Shown here: piece after piece, positions 1-7,562 of the stretch | How positions within the stretch are numbered: the stretch's first letter is position 1 | Layout of the letters: each line of letters begins with the position of its first letter | IMG/VR virus record: IMGVR_UViG_3300034168_000165 | Span: 1 to 29,935 of that record | Reading direction: 5' to 3' (one strand) | Length of the DNA: 29,935 bases | DNA from: a virus | Lineage: Duplodnaviria; Caudoviricetes | Made by a program: the position numbers and the translations under genes | Notes under the pieces: model-generated | Told to the model about the DNA's origin: nothing | The model's database searches: none | What the model saw: only the letters and a program-made list of their open reading frames with translations

Positions 1-1
1 A

Positions 2-1042
2 AACTTTACTAAATTAAAAGCTAATACAATTACCTTAACAGGTACAGGTGCTATTACAGGTATTTACCAAGATAGCACAGGAACATCAACAGTATTAGAA
101 TTAAACCCACCAAGCAACGGATATTCACTTTGTATATTCAAAGCAGATGGAACAACTAAATATTTTGCAAGTAATGTAAATGCAGGTAGTTATTATGTTT
201 ACTTTTCACCAAGTGAAGCGGGTACTTATTATTTAGGTGCTGAAAAATACGGACAAAAACGTACAGCAGATACTTTAGTATTGAATGGTGGTGATGTTTG
301 GTATAATATTACAGACCAAGAAGATGTAGGTATTACACAAACTACTTTAGCAACCGTACAAGCGTACACAACTTTAGCGGATACAGCACAAATTTATGAT
401 GCTACCGCTAACTTTAGACTTACTGAAACAGGAATAAAACTAGGTCAATTAGTTGCAAGGGATGGTTTGTATTTAGATTTCGGAAATTACAACGTAAAAA
501 TCAAAGATGATGCTTCCGCAATAGTAGGCGTTGCAAGTGGAACGATTACTTACAAATCTATTGTGGTAAATGAAAGCACAAAGTACAACGCAATGAAAGC
601 GACGCCGCCAAAAACAATAACGCCAACCGATACTGAAATTATTAACGTATTAATTGAAGATGCGAACGGAGATAGTCAAGTTGAAATATTAGGTGGGGAT
701 AATTTAGGATATGAATTGTGGAAAGTAACTACTGCAACACTAACTGATAACTACGCAACAGGAACGCTATTAGCAACCTTACCAAACAACACAGCACCGT
801 TTAGATTTATCGGTATAAGTGGTTTTGATTTAGTAGGGCGAGATACAAGTTCAGGAGTACGCCGTAGAAGTTCAATGCTAAAAGGAACATACGAACAAGC
901 GTTTTACGTTGGTAATCAAATCCAATTAGCAACAGATGCGCCACAACTTCAAGAAAATAACGACAAGTTAGATGAGTTAATCTTAAAAATTGACACGCAA
1001 AAAGACCCGTTAACATTACCACAATTTATAGCTTTAAAATGA
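2..1042 (+). CDS. Virion structural/tail fibre-like protein, 5' truncated by window edge
   Basis: Frame is open from base 2 (NFTKLKANTITLTGTG...), so the TTG at 281 is not the true start; T/G/N/A-rich beta-type composition; lies upstream of lysis genes. Confidence 0.55.
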   Translation, partial: NFTKLKANTITLTGTGAITGIYQDSTGTSTVLELNPPSNGYSLCIFKADGTTKYFASNVNAGSYYVYFSPSEAGTYYLGAEKYGQKRTADTLVLNGGDVWYNITDQEDVGITQTTLATVQAYTTLADTAQIYDATANFRLTETGIKLGQLVARDGLYLDFGNYNVKIKDDASAIVGVASGTITYKSIVVNESTKYNAMKATPPKTITPTDTEIINVLIEDANGDSQVEILGGDNLGYELWKVTTATLTDNYATGTLLATLPNNTAPFRFIGISGFDLVGRDTSSGVRRRSSMLKGTYEQAFYVGNQIQLATDAPQLQENNDKLDELILKIDTQKDPLTLPQFIALK

Positions 1043-1572
1043 TAGAATTTATTAAGAAATATCTTTTCGGTAAAACACTTTCTCAGTTGCAAGATTGGGA
1101 GAGTGTTCTCAATAATCGTGAACTAAGTTTAAACGACATTGAAGGCGAGTTAATCGAATTTAATAAAAATCTTGAATCTAAAGAACTTATTTTGCATAGT
1201 TCAATGGATAGCGTAGAAAACGAAAGAAAACACGTAGAATCAATTAAAAACGATGTAGAAAAGCGTTTGCTTGAAGTGTTAGCAGATAAAGAAAGATTAA
1301 CGCAAGAACGAAAAGGATTTAAAGATGAAATGAACTTTCTGATTGAGAAAAATAATCTAACTATTGACAAGCTAAAGTTTATGCGTTCTAAACTGCGTAA
1401 TTTCGACAAAGAGTTAAAAGAGAAAGCCAAAGAATTAGAAGCCTTAGAAACTTTTTTACAAACTAAAATAGAACAAAAGGAGAATTTAGAGGTTAATAAT
1501 ATGAGTACGATAATTTCAAGAGGTAAAGAGATTATAATTGATAAGTACGGAAACTTTAAAGGATTTGTATAA
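1039..1572 (+). CDS. Hypothetical coiled-coil protein
   Basis: 177 aa, E/K/L heptad-rich; translationally coupled to both neighbours. Confidence 0.7.
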   Translation: MIEFIKKYLFGKTLSQLQDWESVLNNRELSLNDIEGELIEFNKNLESKELILHSSMDSVENERKHVESIKNDVEKRLLEVLADKERLTQERKGFKDEMNFLIEKNNLTIDKLKFMRSKLRNFDKELKEKAKELEALETFLQTKIEQKENLEVNNMSTIISRGKEIIIDKYGNFKGFV

Positions 1573-2447
1573 TGGCGGTTTGGGGATTAGGTGTAATAAA
1601 TAATGTTATCAATTGGGGTAGAGGTGCTTTTAACAATCTTATTAGTTGGGGTATTGTGCAAAAGACTTCACCTGCAGGAGATACAGAAATATACGGACTA
1701 CGACAAGATACAGATGTTACAGCGTTTTTAAATGTAACAGGTATTACAGATGCTACTATTACAAGTGCTTTAGATACTTTGGTAGTAGGGCTTAAAACAG
1801 ATGGTATATGGGATAAAATGAAAGCTATCTACCCATTTGTTGGTGGAACTGCTACAAGCCATTCTTATAATTTAAAAAATACTGCAGCACATCAAATTAC
1901 TTGGTTTGGTGGGTTAACGCACGATGTAAACGGAGTTACTCCAAATGGAACAAATGGATACGGAAATTTAAATTTAAACCCTCGTACACATTTAGGTACA
2001 CAATCTTCAATGGGTACTTACATTCGAGTTAATAATACATTAAGTGGAAAAGTTGATTATGGAAGTAGTAATTTAGATGGTTTCCAAAATGCTTGTTTAA
2101 TTGCTTCATTTGGCAATCTTATTTATTTTCAAAATATAGGAGGGGTTAATAACATAACAACACCTAATGCAACAACAAACGCATTCTTTCATACTGGAGT
2201 AGATACAAGTAATAATATATTTGCATATAAAAATAACACTTTAATGTTAAGTAAAACACCAGCAGTTATTGGTACACCTCCAAATGTTAACACAACATTA
2301 TTTGCTTATAATGCGGGTGGTGTTGGTTCATTTTCGCCAAGACCATCTTCATTTTTCTTTGCTGCTTCAGGAATAACACAAGCAGATAATGCAAGCATCT
2401 ATTCACGAATACAAGCCTTTCAAACAACTTTAAATAGACAAGTATAA
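1572..2447 (+). CDS. Putative virion appendage/adhesin protein, paralog of 18591..20168
   Basis: N-terminal W-G repeat peptide (WGLG, WGRG, WGIV) then one ~245 aa module (YPFVGGTA...QAFQTTLNRQV) also found twice at 18591..20168. Confidence 0.6.
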   Translation: MAVWGLGVINNVINWGRGAFNNLISWGIVQKTSPAGDTEIYGLRQDTDVTAFLNVTGITDATITSALDTLVVGLKTDGIWDKMKAIYPFVGGTATSHSYNLKNTAAHQITWFGGLTHDVNGVTPNGTNGYGNLNLNPRTHLGTQSSMGTYIRVNNTLSGKVDYGSSNLDGFQNACLIASFGNLIYFQNIGGVNNITTPNATTNAFFHTGVDTSNNIFAYKNNTLMLSKTPAVIGTPPNVNTTLFAYNAGGVGSFSPRPSSFFFAASGITQADNASIYSRIQAFQTTLNRQV

Positions 2448-2451
2448 TGAA
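1808..2451 (+). repeat. Dispersed direct repeat, copy A (core matches ~18746..19380; last 42 nt identical to 20131..20172)
   Basis: Manual alignment; several identical runs of ~70-80 nt. Confidence 0.95.
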
Positions 2452-2659
2452 TATCGCATATTTAACCATAGAACAAAAAGACCAACTTGTAGGTGAGCAA
2501 TACGCTAATGATTCGTATTTCAATCCTATTTTAGATGCTAACGACAAATGGGTAATATCTGAAGAAGAAATTAACTTTTTAGCAAACCACGACTTTTTAT
2601 GGCTTAATGATTTGCCAATAAGCGTGTATAATCCGAAACCACAAACACAAATTATATGA
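2447..2659 (+). CDS. Small partner protein, paralog of 20168..20416
   Basis: Shared motif EQKDxLVGxxYxxDSYFNPIxDANDxWxISxEE; TAATG coupling to the module gene. Confidence 0.75.
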   Translation: MNIAYLTIEQKDQLVGEQYANDSYFNPILDANDKWVISEEEINFLANHDFLWLNDLPISVYNPKPQTQII

Positions 2660-2895
2660 AAAAATTAATCAAGTACCTACCTTTAGTTATTGCAGTTTGC
2701 GCTATTGCAGACACACAATTTGAAATGTTAAAAGGTATAGGAATGAATGAAGCGTTAATTAACTGGATTAAGTTGTTAGGGCTTTTGCTAACAATCTTTT
2801 TACCAAGCATTAAAGAAATGTTTAACGATGGTTTATCGTTGCGAAATACAGACCCTAAAAATCCTAATAGACCATACATAAAACCGCCACGTTGA
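2656..2895 (+). CDS. Small membrane protein, holin candidate
   Basis: Two hydrophobic segments, charged Pro-rich C-tail; in lysis cassette. Confidence 0.5.
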   Translation: MKKLIKYLPLVIAVCAIADTQFEMLKGIGMNEALINWIKLLGLLLTIFLPSIKEMFNDGLSLRNTDPKNPNRPYIKPPR

Positions 2896-3203
2896 ATAAA
2901 GCAATAGGTATATTAATATTGTTACTTTATTTTGGTAACTTTCAAATATGCGAATTGTTTTTTAAAAATGATACGTATAAATGGTGGGGGTTGAATAATT
3001 CTATTCTTTCACTTATTATTATTATATCTATCAAATACAAGTCTGAAAATAACTTTGTAGAAAAACTATTTAATTCAATGGTAGTAAATAACATCTACGT
3101 TTTACTATTTAGACAAGAAACCACTTACACGCTTAACGACCTTTGGTTTGTTACAATTTTCACAGTTGCACAATACCTAAAAAAAGAAAAAAGTAATGAT
3201 TAA
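2892..3203 (+). CDS. Multi-pass membrane protein
   Basis: 3-4 hydrophobic stretches; TTG start overlapping the previous stop. Confidence 0.5.
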   Translation: MNKAIGILILLLYFGNFQICELFFKNDTYKWWGLNNSILSLIIIISIKYKSENNFVEKLFNSMVVNNIYVLLFRQETTYTLNDLWFVTIFTVAQYLKKEKSND

Positions 3204-3513
3204 GAATTTATTAAACCATTGGGAAGCAATGACTGGAGTAGTTGGAATTGTTGTCGCTTATTTTAGCGGTAAGAGAATGAAACGCATCGAAGAAAAAAAA
3301 GCAAGTTCAGACGCAGTATCTTCTATGCAAGTTGTTTACGATAATTTCGTTAAAGATATAGAGCAGCGTTACGTAGATATGAAACAGGAGATGCAATCTT
3401 TAAAAGATGAAGTTCAACAATTGCGTATTGAAAACGACAAACTACGAAAAGAATTGCGAACGTGGGAAAAAAAATATTATTCATTAAAAGACGAGTATGA
3501 AAATAGACTTTAA
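3196..3513 (+). CDS. Membrane-anchored coiled-coil protein (lysis cassette)
   Basis: N-terminal TM (AMTGVVGIVVAYF) then long heptad repeat. Confidence 0.6.
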   Translation: MIKNLLNHWEAMTGVVGIVVAYFSGKRMKRIEEKKASSDAVSSMQVVYDNFVKDIEQRYVDMKQEMQSLKDEVQQLRIENDKLRKELRTWEKKYYSLKDEYENRL

Positions 3514-3946
3514 ACATTTATTTTCGATGTTAATCTTATGGTTAATATCTATTTATTTAGTATTTTATTTTACTTCGTGTAGTGCTAAATGGCATATAAA
3601 CCGAGCATACAAAAAAGGTGCAAAGTTAGAGCAAACAAGTGACACAATACGCATCACATCAATAGATTCATTTAAAGTGGTTTTAAAGGACACTTTTTAT
3701 TTTGAGAAGTATTTAACCACAAAAGACACAATCATTCGTTACAAGCGTTTATATGTGCCTAAAACACGTCAAGAAATTAGAATAGAATATAAACTTAAAC
3801 GTGATACGTTAAGACTCGAAAAAGTTAAGATTCGCAAAGAATATAGAACTAAAACAAAGCCATTTCCGTACACGCTTTTATTAATTGTTATTGGTTTAAT
3901 TTGCATTACGATAATTTCGTTTATCTTTAAGCCAAAAATACTATGA
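3497..3946 (+). CDS. Putative unimolecular spanin
   Basis: Signal peptide with lipobox-like FTSC, beta-rich middle, C-terminal TM (YTLLLIVIGLICITIISFIF); immediately before endolysin. Confidence 0.65.
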   Translation: MKIDFKHLFSMLILWLISIYLVFYFTSCSAKWHINRAYKKGAKLEQTSDTIRITSIDSFKVVLKDTFYFEKYLTTKDTIIRYKRLYVPKTRQEIRIEYKLKRDTLRLEKVKIRKEYRTKTKPFPYTLLLIVIGLICITIISFIFKPKIL

Positions 3947-4395
3947 AAACTTTAAGTAAACACGTTACAATGGAAGAATTTTGCTATTCTCCAACTGCAA
4001 TTAAAAAAGGAATTAATAATTCAATGGGGTTAATAGCAATTGACAAAGCTATGCAACTATGCGAGAATGTATTTGAACCGATTAGAAAGCATTTAAACGC
4101 ACGAATTAAAATTAGTAGTGGTTTTAGATGTGAGCAACTTAATAAGTTGATAGGAGGTGCGTCTGGTAGCCAACATACAAAAGGCGAAGCATTCGATTTA
4201 GAATTAACAGATAGAAAGTTATTCGACTGGATTTTAAAAAACGTAGAATTTGACCAATTAATTTACGAGTTTGGTAACGATGCACACGCAAATTGGTTTC
4301 ATATATCGTATCGTAAAGGTAACAACCGTAAACAAGCGTTAAGAGCAATTAAAATCGGTGGTAAAACACAATACATACCTTACAAGCCACTTTAA
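3943..4395 (+). CDS. Endolysin, peptidase M15A family
   Basis: ISSGFRC..LN..IGG..SQHTKGEAFD, FDQLIYE and WFHISY Zn-peptidase motifs. Confidence 0.92.
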   Translation: MKTLSKHVTMEEFCYSPTAIKKGINNSMGLIAIDKAMQLCENVFEPIRKHLNARIKISSGFRCEQLNKLIGGASGSQHTKGEAFDLELTDRKLFDWILKNVEFDQLIYEFGNDAHANWFHISYRKGNNRKQALRAIKIGGKTQYIPYKPL

Positions 4396-4408
4396 TAGTG
4401 GTTTTTTT
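4384..4408 (+). terminator. Rho-independent terminator after endolysin
   Basis: AAGCCACT-ttaat-AGTGGTTT hairpin with T7 run. Confidence 0.75.
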
Positions 4409-4427
4409 ATTTACTTAAATTTTATTT

Positions 4428-5204
4428 ATGAGAAAGAGATTGTTTTTTGACATCGAAACATCGTTTAATATTGGTATTTTCTGGAGAAGTGGTTACAACT
4501 TAAACATTCAACCAGACGATATTATTAAAGAACGAGCTATAATTTGTGTAAGTTGGAAATGGGAAGGTAAAGACGAAGTTAATAACTTAACGTGGGATGA
4601 AAACCAATGCGATAAGAAACTTTTAAAAGCGTTTATAAAAGAACTAAACAAAGCGGATGAAATAGTTGCCCACAATGGCGACCGATTCGATATTAAATGG
4701 TTGCGTACACGTTGCTTGTTTCATCAATTAGATATGTTTCCACAATACCAAACTATTGACACGCTTAAACACGCTAAAAGTCAGTTCAATTTTAATTCAA
4801 ATAAGTTAGATTATATTGCTAAGTTTCTTGGAGTTGGTGCAAAGTTAAAGCACGAAGGAATGGATATGTGGAAAGCAATCATTTTTAACAAAGATGCTGA
4901 AGCACTTAAAAGAATGGTTGAGTACTGCGATATGGATGTAGTAGTCTTGGAGAAAGTATACGAAAGATTAGCACCTTATACAAAACATAAAGTTAATTAC
5001 GCAGTTTTAAGAGGTGGCGAAAAGTTCGAGTGTCCGAATTGTGGCAAGTTACCACACTATAAAAGTATGTATACAACACCAGCTGGAACTATAACTCATA
5101 GAATGCAATGTTCAGACCGCAAAATATGTAACAAAAAGTTCACTATAAATAACAAAACTTATATGGATTTTATACAATTTAAGATGCGTAACAATTTAAA
5201 ATAG
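4428..5204 (+). CDS. RNase H-fold 3'-5' exonuclease (DEDDy, YprB/PolB-exo-like) with C-terminal Zn ribbon
   Basis: FFDIETS, AHNGDRFD, IDTL, YCDMDV motifs; CPNC...CSDRKIC. Confidence 0.88.
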   Translation: MRKRLFFDIETSFNIGIFWRSGYNLNIQPDDIIKERAIICVSWKWEGKDEVNNLTWDENQCDKKLLKAFIKELNKADEIVAHNGDRFDIKWLRTRCLFHQLDMFPQYQTIDTLKHAKSQFNFNSNKLDYIAKFLGVGAKLKHEGMDMWKAIIFNKDAEALKRMVEYCDMDVVVLEKVYERLAPYTKHKVNYAVLRGGEKFECPNCGKLPHYKSMYTTPAGTITHRMQCSDRKICNKKFTINNKTYMDFIQFKMRNNLK

Positions 5205-5205
5205 T

Positions 5206-5213
5206 TATATTTG
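5206..5213 (+). promoter_or_regulatory. Bacteroidota -7 promoter element
   Basis: TATATTTG = TAnnTTTG; no clear -33 TTG. Confidence 0.55.
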
Positions 5214-5217
5214 CAAG

Positions 5218-5296
5218 AAATCTGCTTTTCTGTTTGCTGATTTTCATAGTTTTTTAGTTTAATTGTTAGAAGTGGGGAGAAATCTCCACTTTTTTT
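5218..5296 (+). ncRNA. Candidate ~80 nt U-rich small RNA
   Basis: Bounded by -7 element and strong terminator; no + strand ORF; contains TTTCATAGTTTTTTA. Confidence 0.5.
5270..5296 (+). terminator. Rho-independent terminator
   Basis: AAGTGGGGA-GAAA-TCTCCACTT stem with GNRA loop followed by T run. Confidence 0.88.
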
Positions 5297-5359
5297 ATGC
5301 TCTGAAACCTGCATAAACATTGGAAAACTAAAAATAGTTTGAAAATAATTGTTAAAAAG

Positions 5360-5390
5360 TTTGCAGTTATAAACATTATGTGTAGATTTG
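5360..5390 (+). promoter_or_regulatory. Early promoter, Bacteroidota primary-sigma type
   Basis: TTTG(5360-63)-N19-TAGATTTG(5383-90), full consensus, at head of the small-ORF block. Confidence 0.85.
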
Positions 5391-5420
5391 CATATATCAA
5401 TTAACAAAAAAACAGAAATT

Positions 5421-5639
5421 ATGAAAACTTTAGTACAAAAAACAAACGACTTAATTAACGAAAGAAATTTAAGCTATAGCCCTGAATTATTTAAGCAGTT
5501 ATTTGAAGAAGTAAGAAACAATCCTAAAAACATAGAAGAAGAAGAAGATAGAGTTTCAAAATTAAATACAGGTAAAAAATGTAATAAATTAGGATTTATA
5601 GAAATGTCAGCATATGGAATGAATAAAAGACCATACTAA
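5421..5639 (+). CDS. Hypothetical early protein
   Basis: Start moved to ATG 5421 (A-rich leader); the TTG at 5388 is part of the promoter. Confidence 0.7.
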   Translation: MKTLVQKTNDLINERNLSYSPELFKQLFEEVRNNPKNIEEEEDRVSKLNTGKKCNKLGFIEMSAYGMNKRPY

Positions 5640-5696
5640 TAAAACAAGGGGTGCGACTTGACAACGCACATTTTTACAAACTTTAAAAACAGAACA

Positions 5697-5879
5697 ATGA
5701 AAACATTACACAACACTTTTAATCCTAACTATGTACCAACTCAAATCGAGAATGAGTACATACCAAAAGTAAATCACATTAACGATGTAATCAGAAAGCA
5801 ATTCTTTACTACGTTTGATGAGCAAAGATTAAACAGAATACGCCAAATTAAGTTAAACAATTTAAACGAGAAACGATGA
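5697..5879 (+). CDS. Hypothetical early protein
   Basis: ATG 5697 after AAAAACAGAACA; coupled to next ORF. Confidence 0.7.
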   Translation: MKTLHNTFNPNYVPTQIENEYIPKVNHINDVIRKQFFTTFDEQRLNRIRQIKLNNLNEKR

Positions 5880-6091
5880 ACTATAAACTACACGAAAAAT
5901 CAAATGATTTACTTGAATTGCACAAAGAAATGAATTACAGAATTTGGCAACTTGAATCATTCACAAAGTCTTTAGATTTATTTGAAGATTTAAAAGCAAA
6001 GCACTTAAACAGAATAGACACTTGCAAACGTGGACTTGAAAGAATTGAACAAGCGTATATAAAAGTATTAACCGAAATATTAGCAGTATGA
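5876..6091 (+). CDS. Hypothetical protein
   Basis: ATGA overlaps on both sides; helical composition. Confidence 0.7.
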   Translation: MNYKLHEKSNDLLELHKEMNYRIWQLESFTKSLDLFEDLKAKHLNRIDTCKRGLERIEQAYIKVLTEILAV

Positions 6092-6369
6092 AATCAGAAG
6101 AAAAAGCTCAAGAGTTATTTAATAAATATTTTTTATTACACGAAAGTGCAACAGATGAAAATGGTGTTTGGATACTTTCAGCATTAAATAAAGGATTAGC
6201 CAAAAAATGTGCATTAATAGCAGTTGAAAACGAATATTATTCTCTCAGAGAAATGCTTATACATTTTCAAGGAACAAAAGTAATTAATGATGGAAATTTT
6301 TATTTAAAATTTTTGCAAAAATTAATTGATGAAGAACAAGATGTTAAACAAGAAATTGAAAAGCTATGA
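6088..6369 (+). CDS. Hypothetical phage protein
   Basis: EEKAQELFNKY...AKKCALIAV...VKQEIEKL pattern; coupled ORF. Confidence 0.75.
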   Translation: MKSEEKAQELFNKYFLLHESATDENGVWILSALNKGLAKKCALIAVENEYYSLREMLIHFQGTKVINDGNFYLKFLQKLIDEEQDVKQEIEKL

Positions 6370-6524
6370 TAGAAGTAGAATGTAAACAATGTGATGGCAA
6401 AGGCAGAATAGAAGTAGACAAAGATTGCGACCAGCCAGCTTGGAATTGTTGCGGTGGATGTACAGAAATTGTAGAATGCCCAGAATGCGAGGGTAGCGGA
6501 GAAGTAGAAGAATGGGAATTATAA
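6366..6524 (+). CDS. 52 aa DnaJ-type zinc-finger protein (absent from ORF track)
   Basis: MIEVECKQCDGKG...WNCCGGC...CPECEGSG: two CxxCxGxG motifs; ATGA overlap. Confidence 0.8.
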   Translation: MIEVECKQCDGKGRIEVDKDCDQPAWNCCGGCTEIVECPECEGSGEVEEWEL

Positions 6525-6642
6525 CGGTTGAGTGTATGAGCAGTAGCCGAACACGAAACTTAATTAGAAGTAGAAAATTAAATATTAACAACTGCAATAG
6601 TTTAAAACGCCTAACGGCTATTGCTTATACACTTTGTTAGGC
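6522..6642 (+). repeat. attC-like imperfect inverted repeat
   Basis: TAAC..AGTGTATGAGCAGTAGCCG (6531-49) / CGGCTATTGCTTATACACT (6615-33)..GTTAGGC; 17/19 Watson-Crick plus 2 G-T. Confidence 0.75.
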
Positions 6643-6890
6643 ACAGTATTTTATGAAACGAATTTTAAATTTAGAACAAGGTATAATTAGTGGTGATACA
6701 GTAAGAGATATTCTTGAAGTATTCTCTGAAATTGAAAGCAGATTTAGACAAAGAAAAACTTATGATGAATATTATTTTGATGGTGCAACTGTTGAACTAA
6801 CAATTGAGAAAGTTGCAAGTCTAAATCAATTGGGTTTTAAAGTATCAATTGGATGGGAAGAGGTAGTTCTTTCTTAATATTGTGCCTAAC
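6636..6890 (+). mobile_element. Integron-cassette-like unit: one ORF between GTTAGGCACAGTATT and AATATTGTGCCTAAC
   Basis: 14/15 inverted repeat abutting start and stop; GTTRRRY / RYYYAAC cores. Confidence 0.6.
6653..6877 (+). CDS. Hypothetical cassette-borne protein
   Basis: 74 aa ORF filling the space between the inverted repeats. Confidence 0.75.
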   Translation: MKRILNLEQGIISGDTVRDILEVFSEIESRFRQRKTYDEYYFDGATVELTIEKVASLNQLGFKVSIGWEEVVLS

Positions 6891-6953
6891 ACCGATATTG
6901 ACGCAAGTTTGTTGTTAATCAAAATAAAAAGTAATAATTTAAAAACAAATAAA

Positions 6954-7142
6954 ATGGAAATAGACAGAATAGTATTAAACGTAATTAAAAAGTTTGAGAA
7001 ACGTGCAGACGAAGGTTTAAAGAAGTATGGAGTAACACTCGAAAGAACCGATTTAAGCACGTTAGATTGGATTGAACACGCACAAGATGAGTTGATGGAT
7101 GGCATACTTTATTTGGAACGATTAAAACAAGATTTAAAATGA
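6954..7142 (+). CDS. Small all-alpha NTP-pyrophosphatase-like protein
   Basis: GLKKYGVTL..DWIEHAQDELMDGILYL (EExxD-like); start moved to ATG 6954. Confidence 0.55.
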   Translation: MEIDRIVLNVIKKFEKRADEGLKKYGVTLERTDLSTLDWIEHAQDELMDGILYLERLKQDLK

Positions 7143-7561
7143 CTGCATTTGAAAACTTCTTAATCGAAAAAGGATATATTAGATTTGCGTTTGATGCTGC
7201 AAAAAGAAAATATTACCAACCAAAATTATATGTAATTTCTACGATGAGCAATTTAGGTCATTTGTATATTCACGAATCAGATGTAAATTTATTATTTAAA
7301 ATTAAAGAAGATAAATCTATAACACCTGAAGATAGAAAAAATGAAATTATATTCGGTTTGCACGAAAAAGATAGACCACCAACATTAATCTATCCAAGAC
7401 CAAGAATTAAAATAAAAAGAACAAAAGAAGATAAGATAATAATTGAAGATGAACAGTTTGATGATTCAATGAATATTGTTTTACAAAAAGAAAATTTTAA
7501 CCAAATATTAAAAGCTATGTACAATAAAAGTATATGCTTTGAATATGATTTAACTAAATAA
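7139..7561 (+). CDS. Hypothetical protein
   Basis: 140 aa coupled ORF. Confidence 0.7.
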   Translation: MTAFENFLIEKGYIRFAFDAAKRKYYQPKLYVISTMSNLGHLYIHESDVNLLFKIKEDKSITPEDRKNEIIFGLHEKDRPPTLIYPRPRIKIKRTKEDKIIIEDEQFDDSMNIVLQKENFNQILKAMYNKSICFEYDLTK

Positions 7562-7562
7562 A

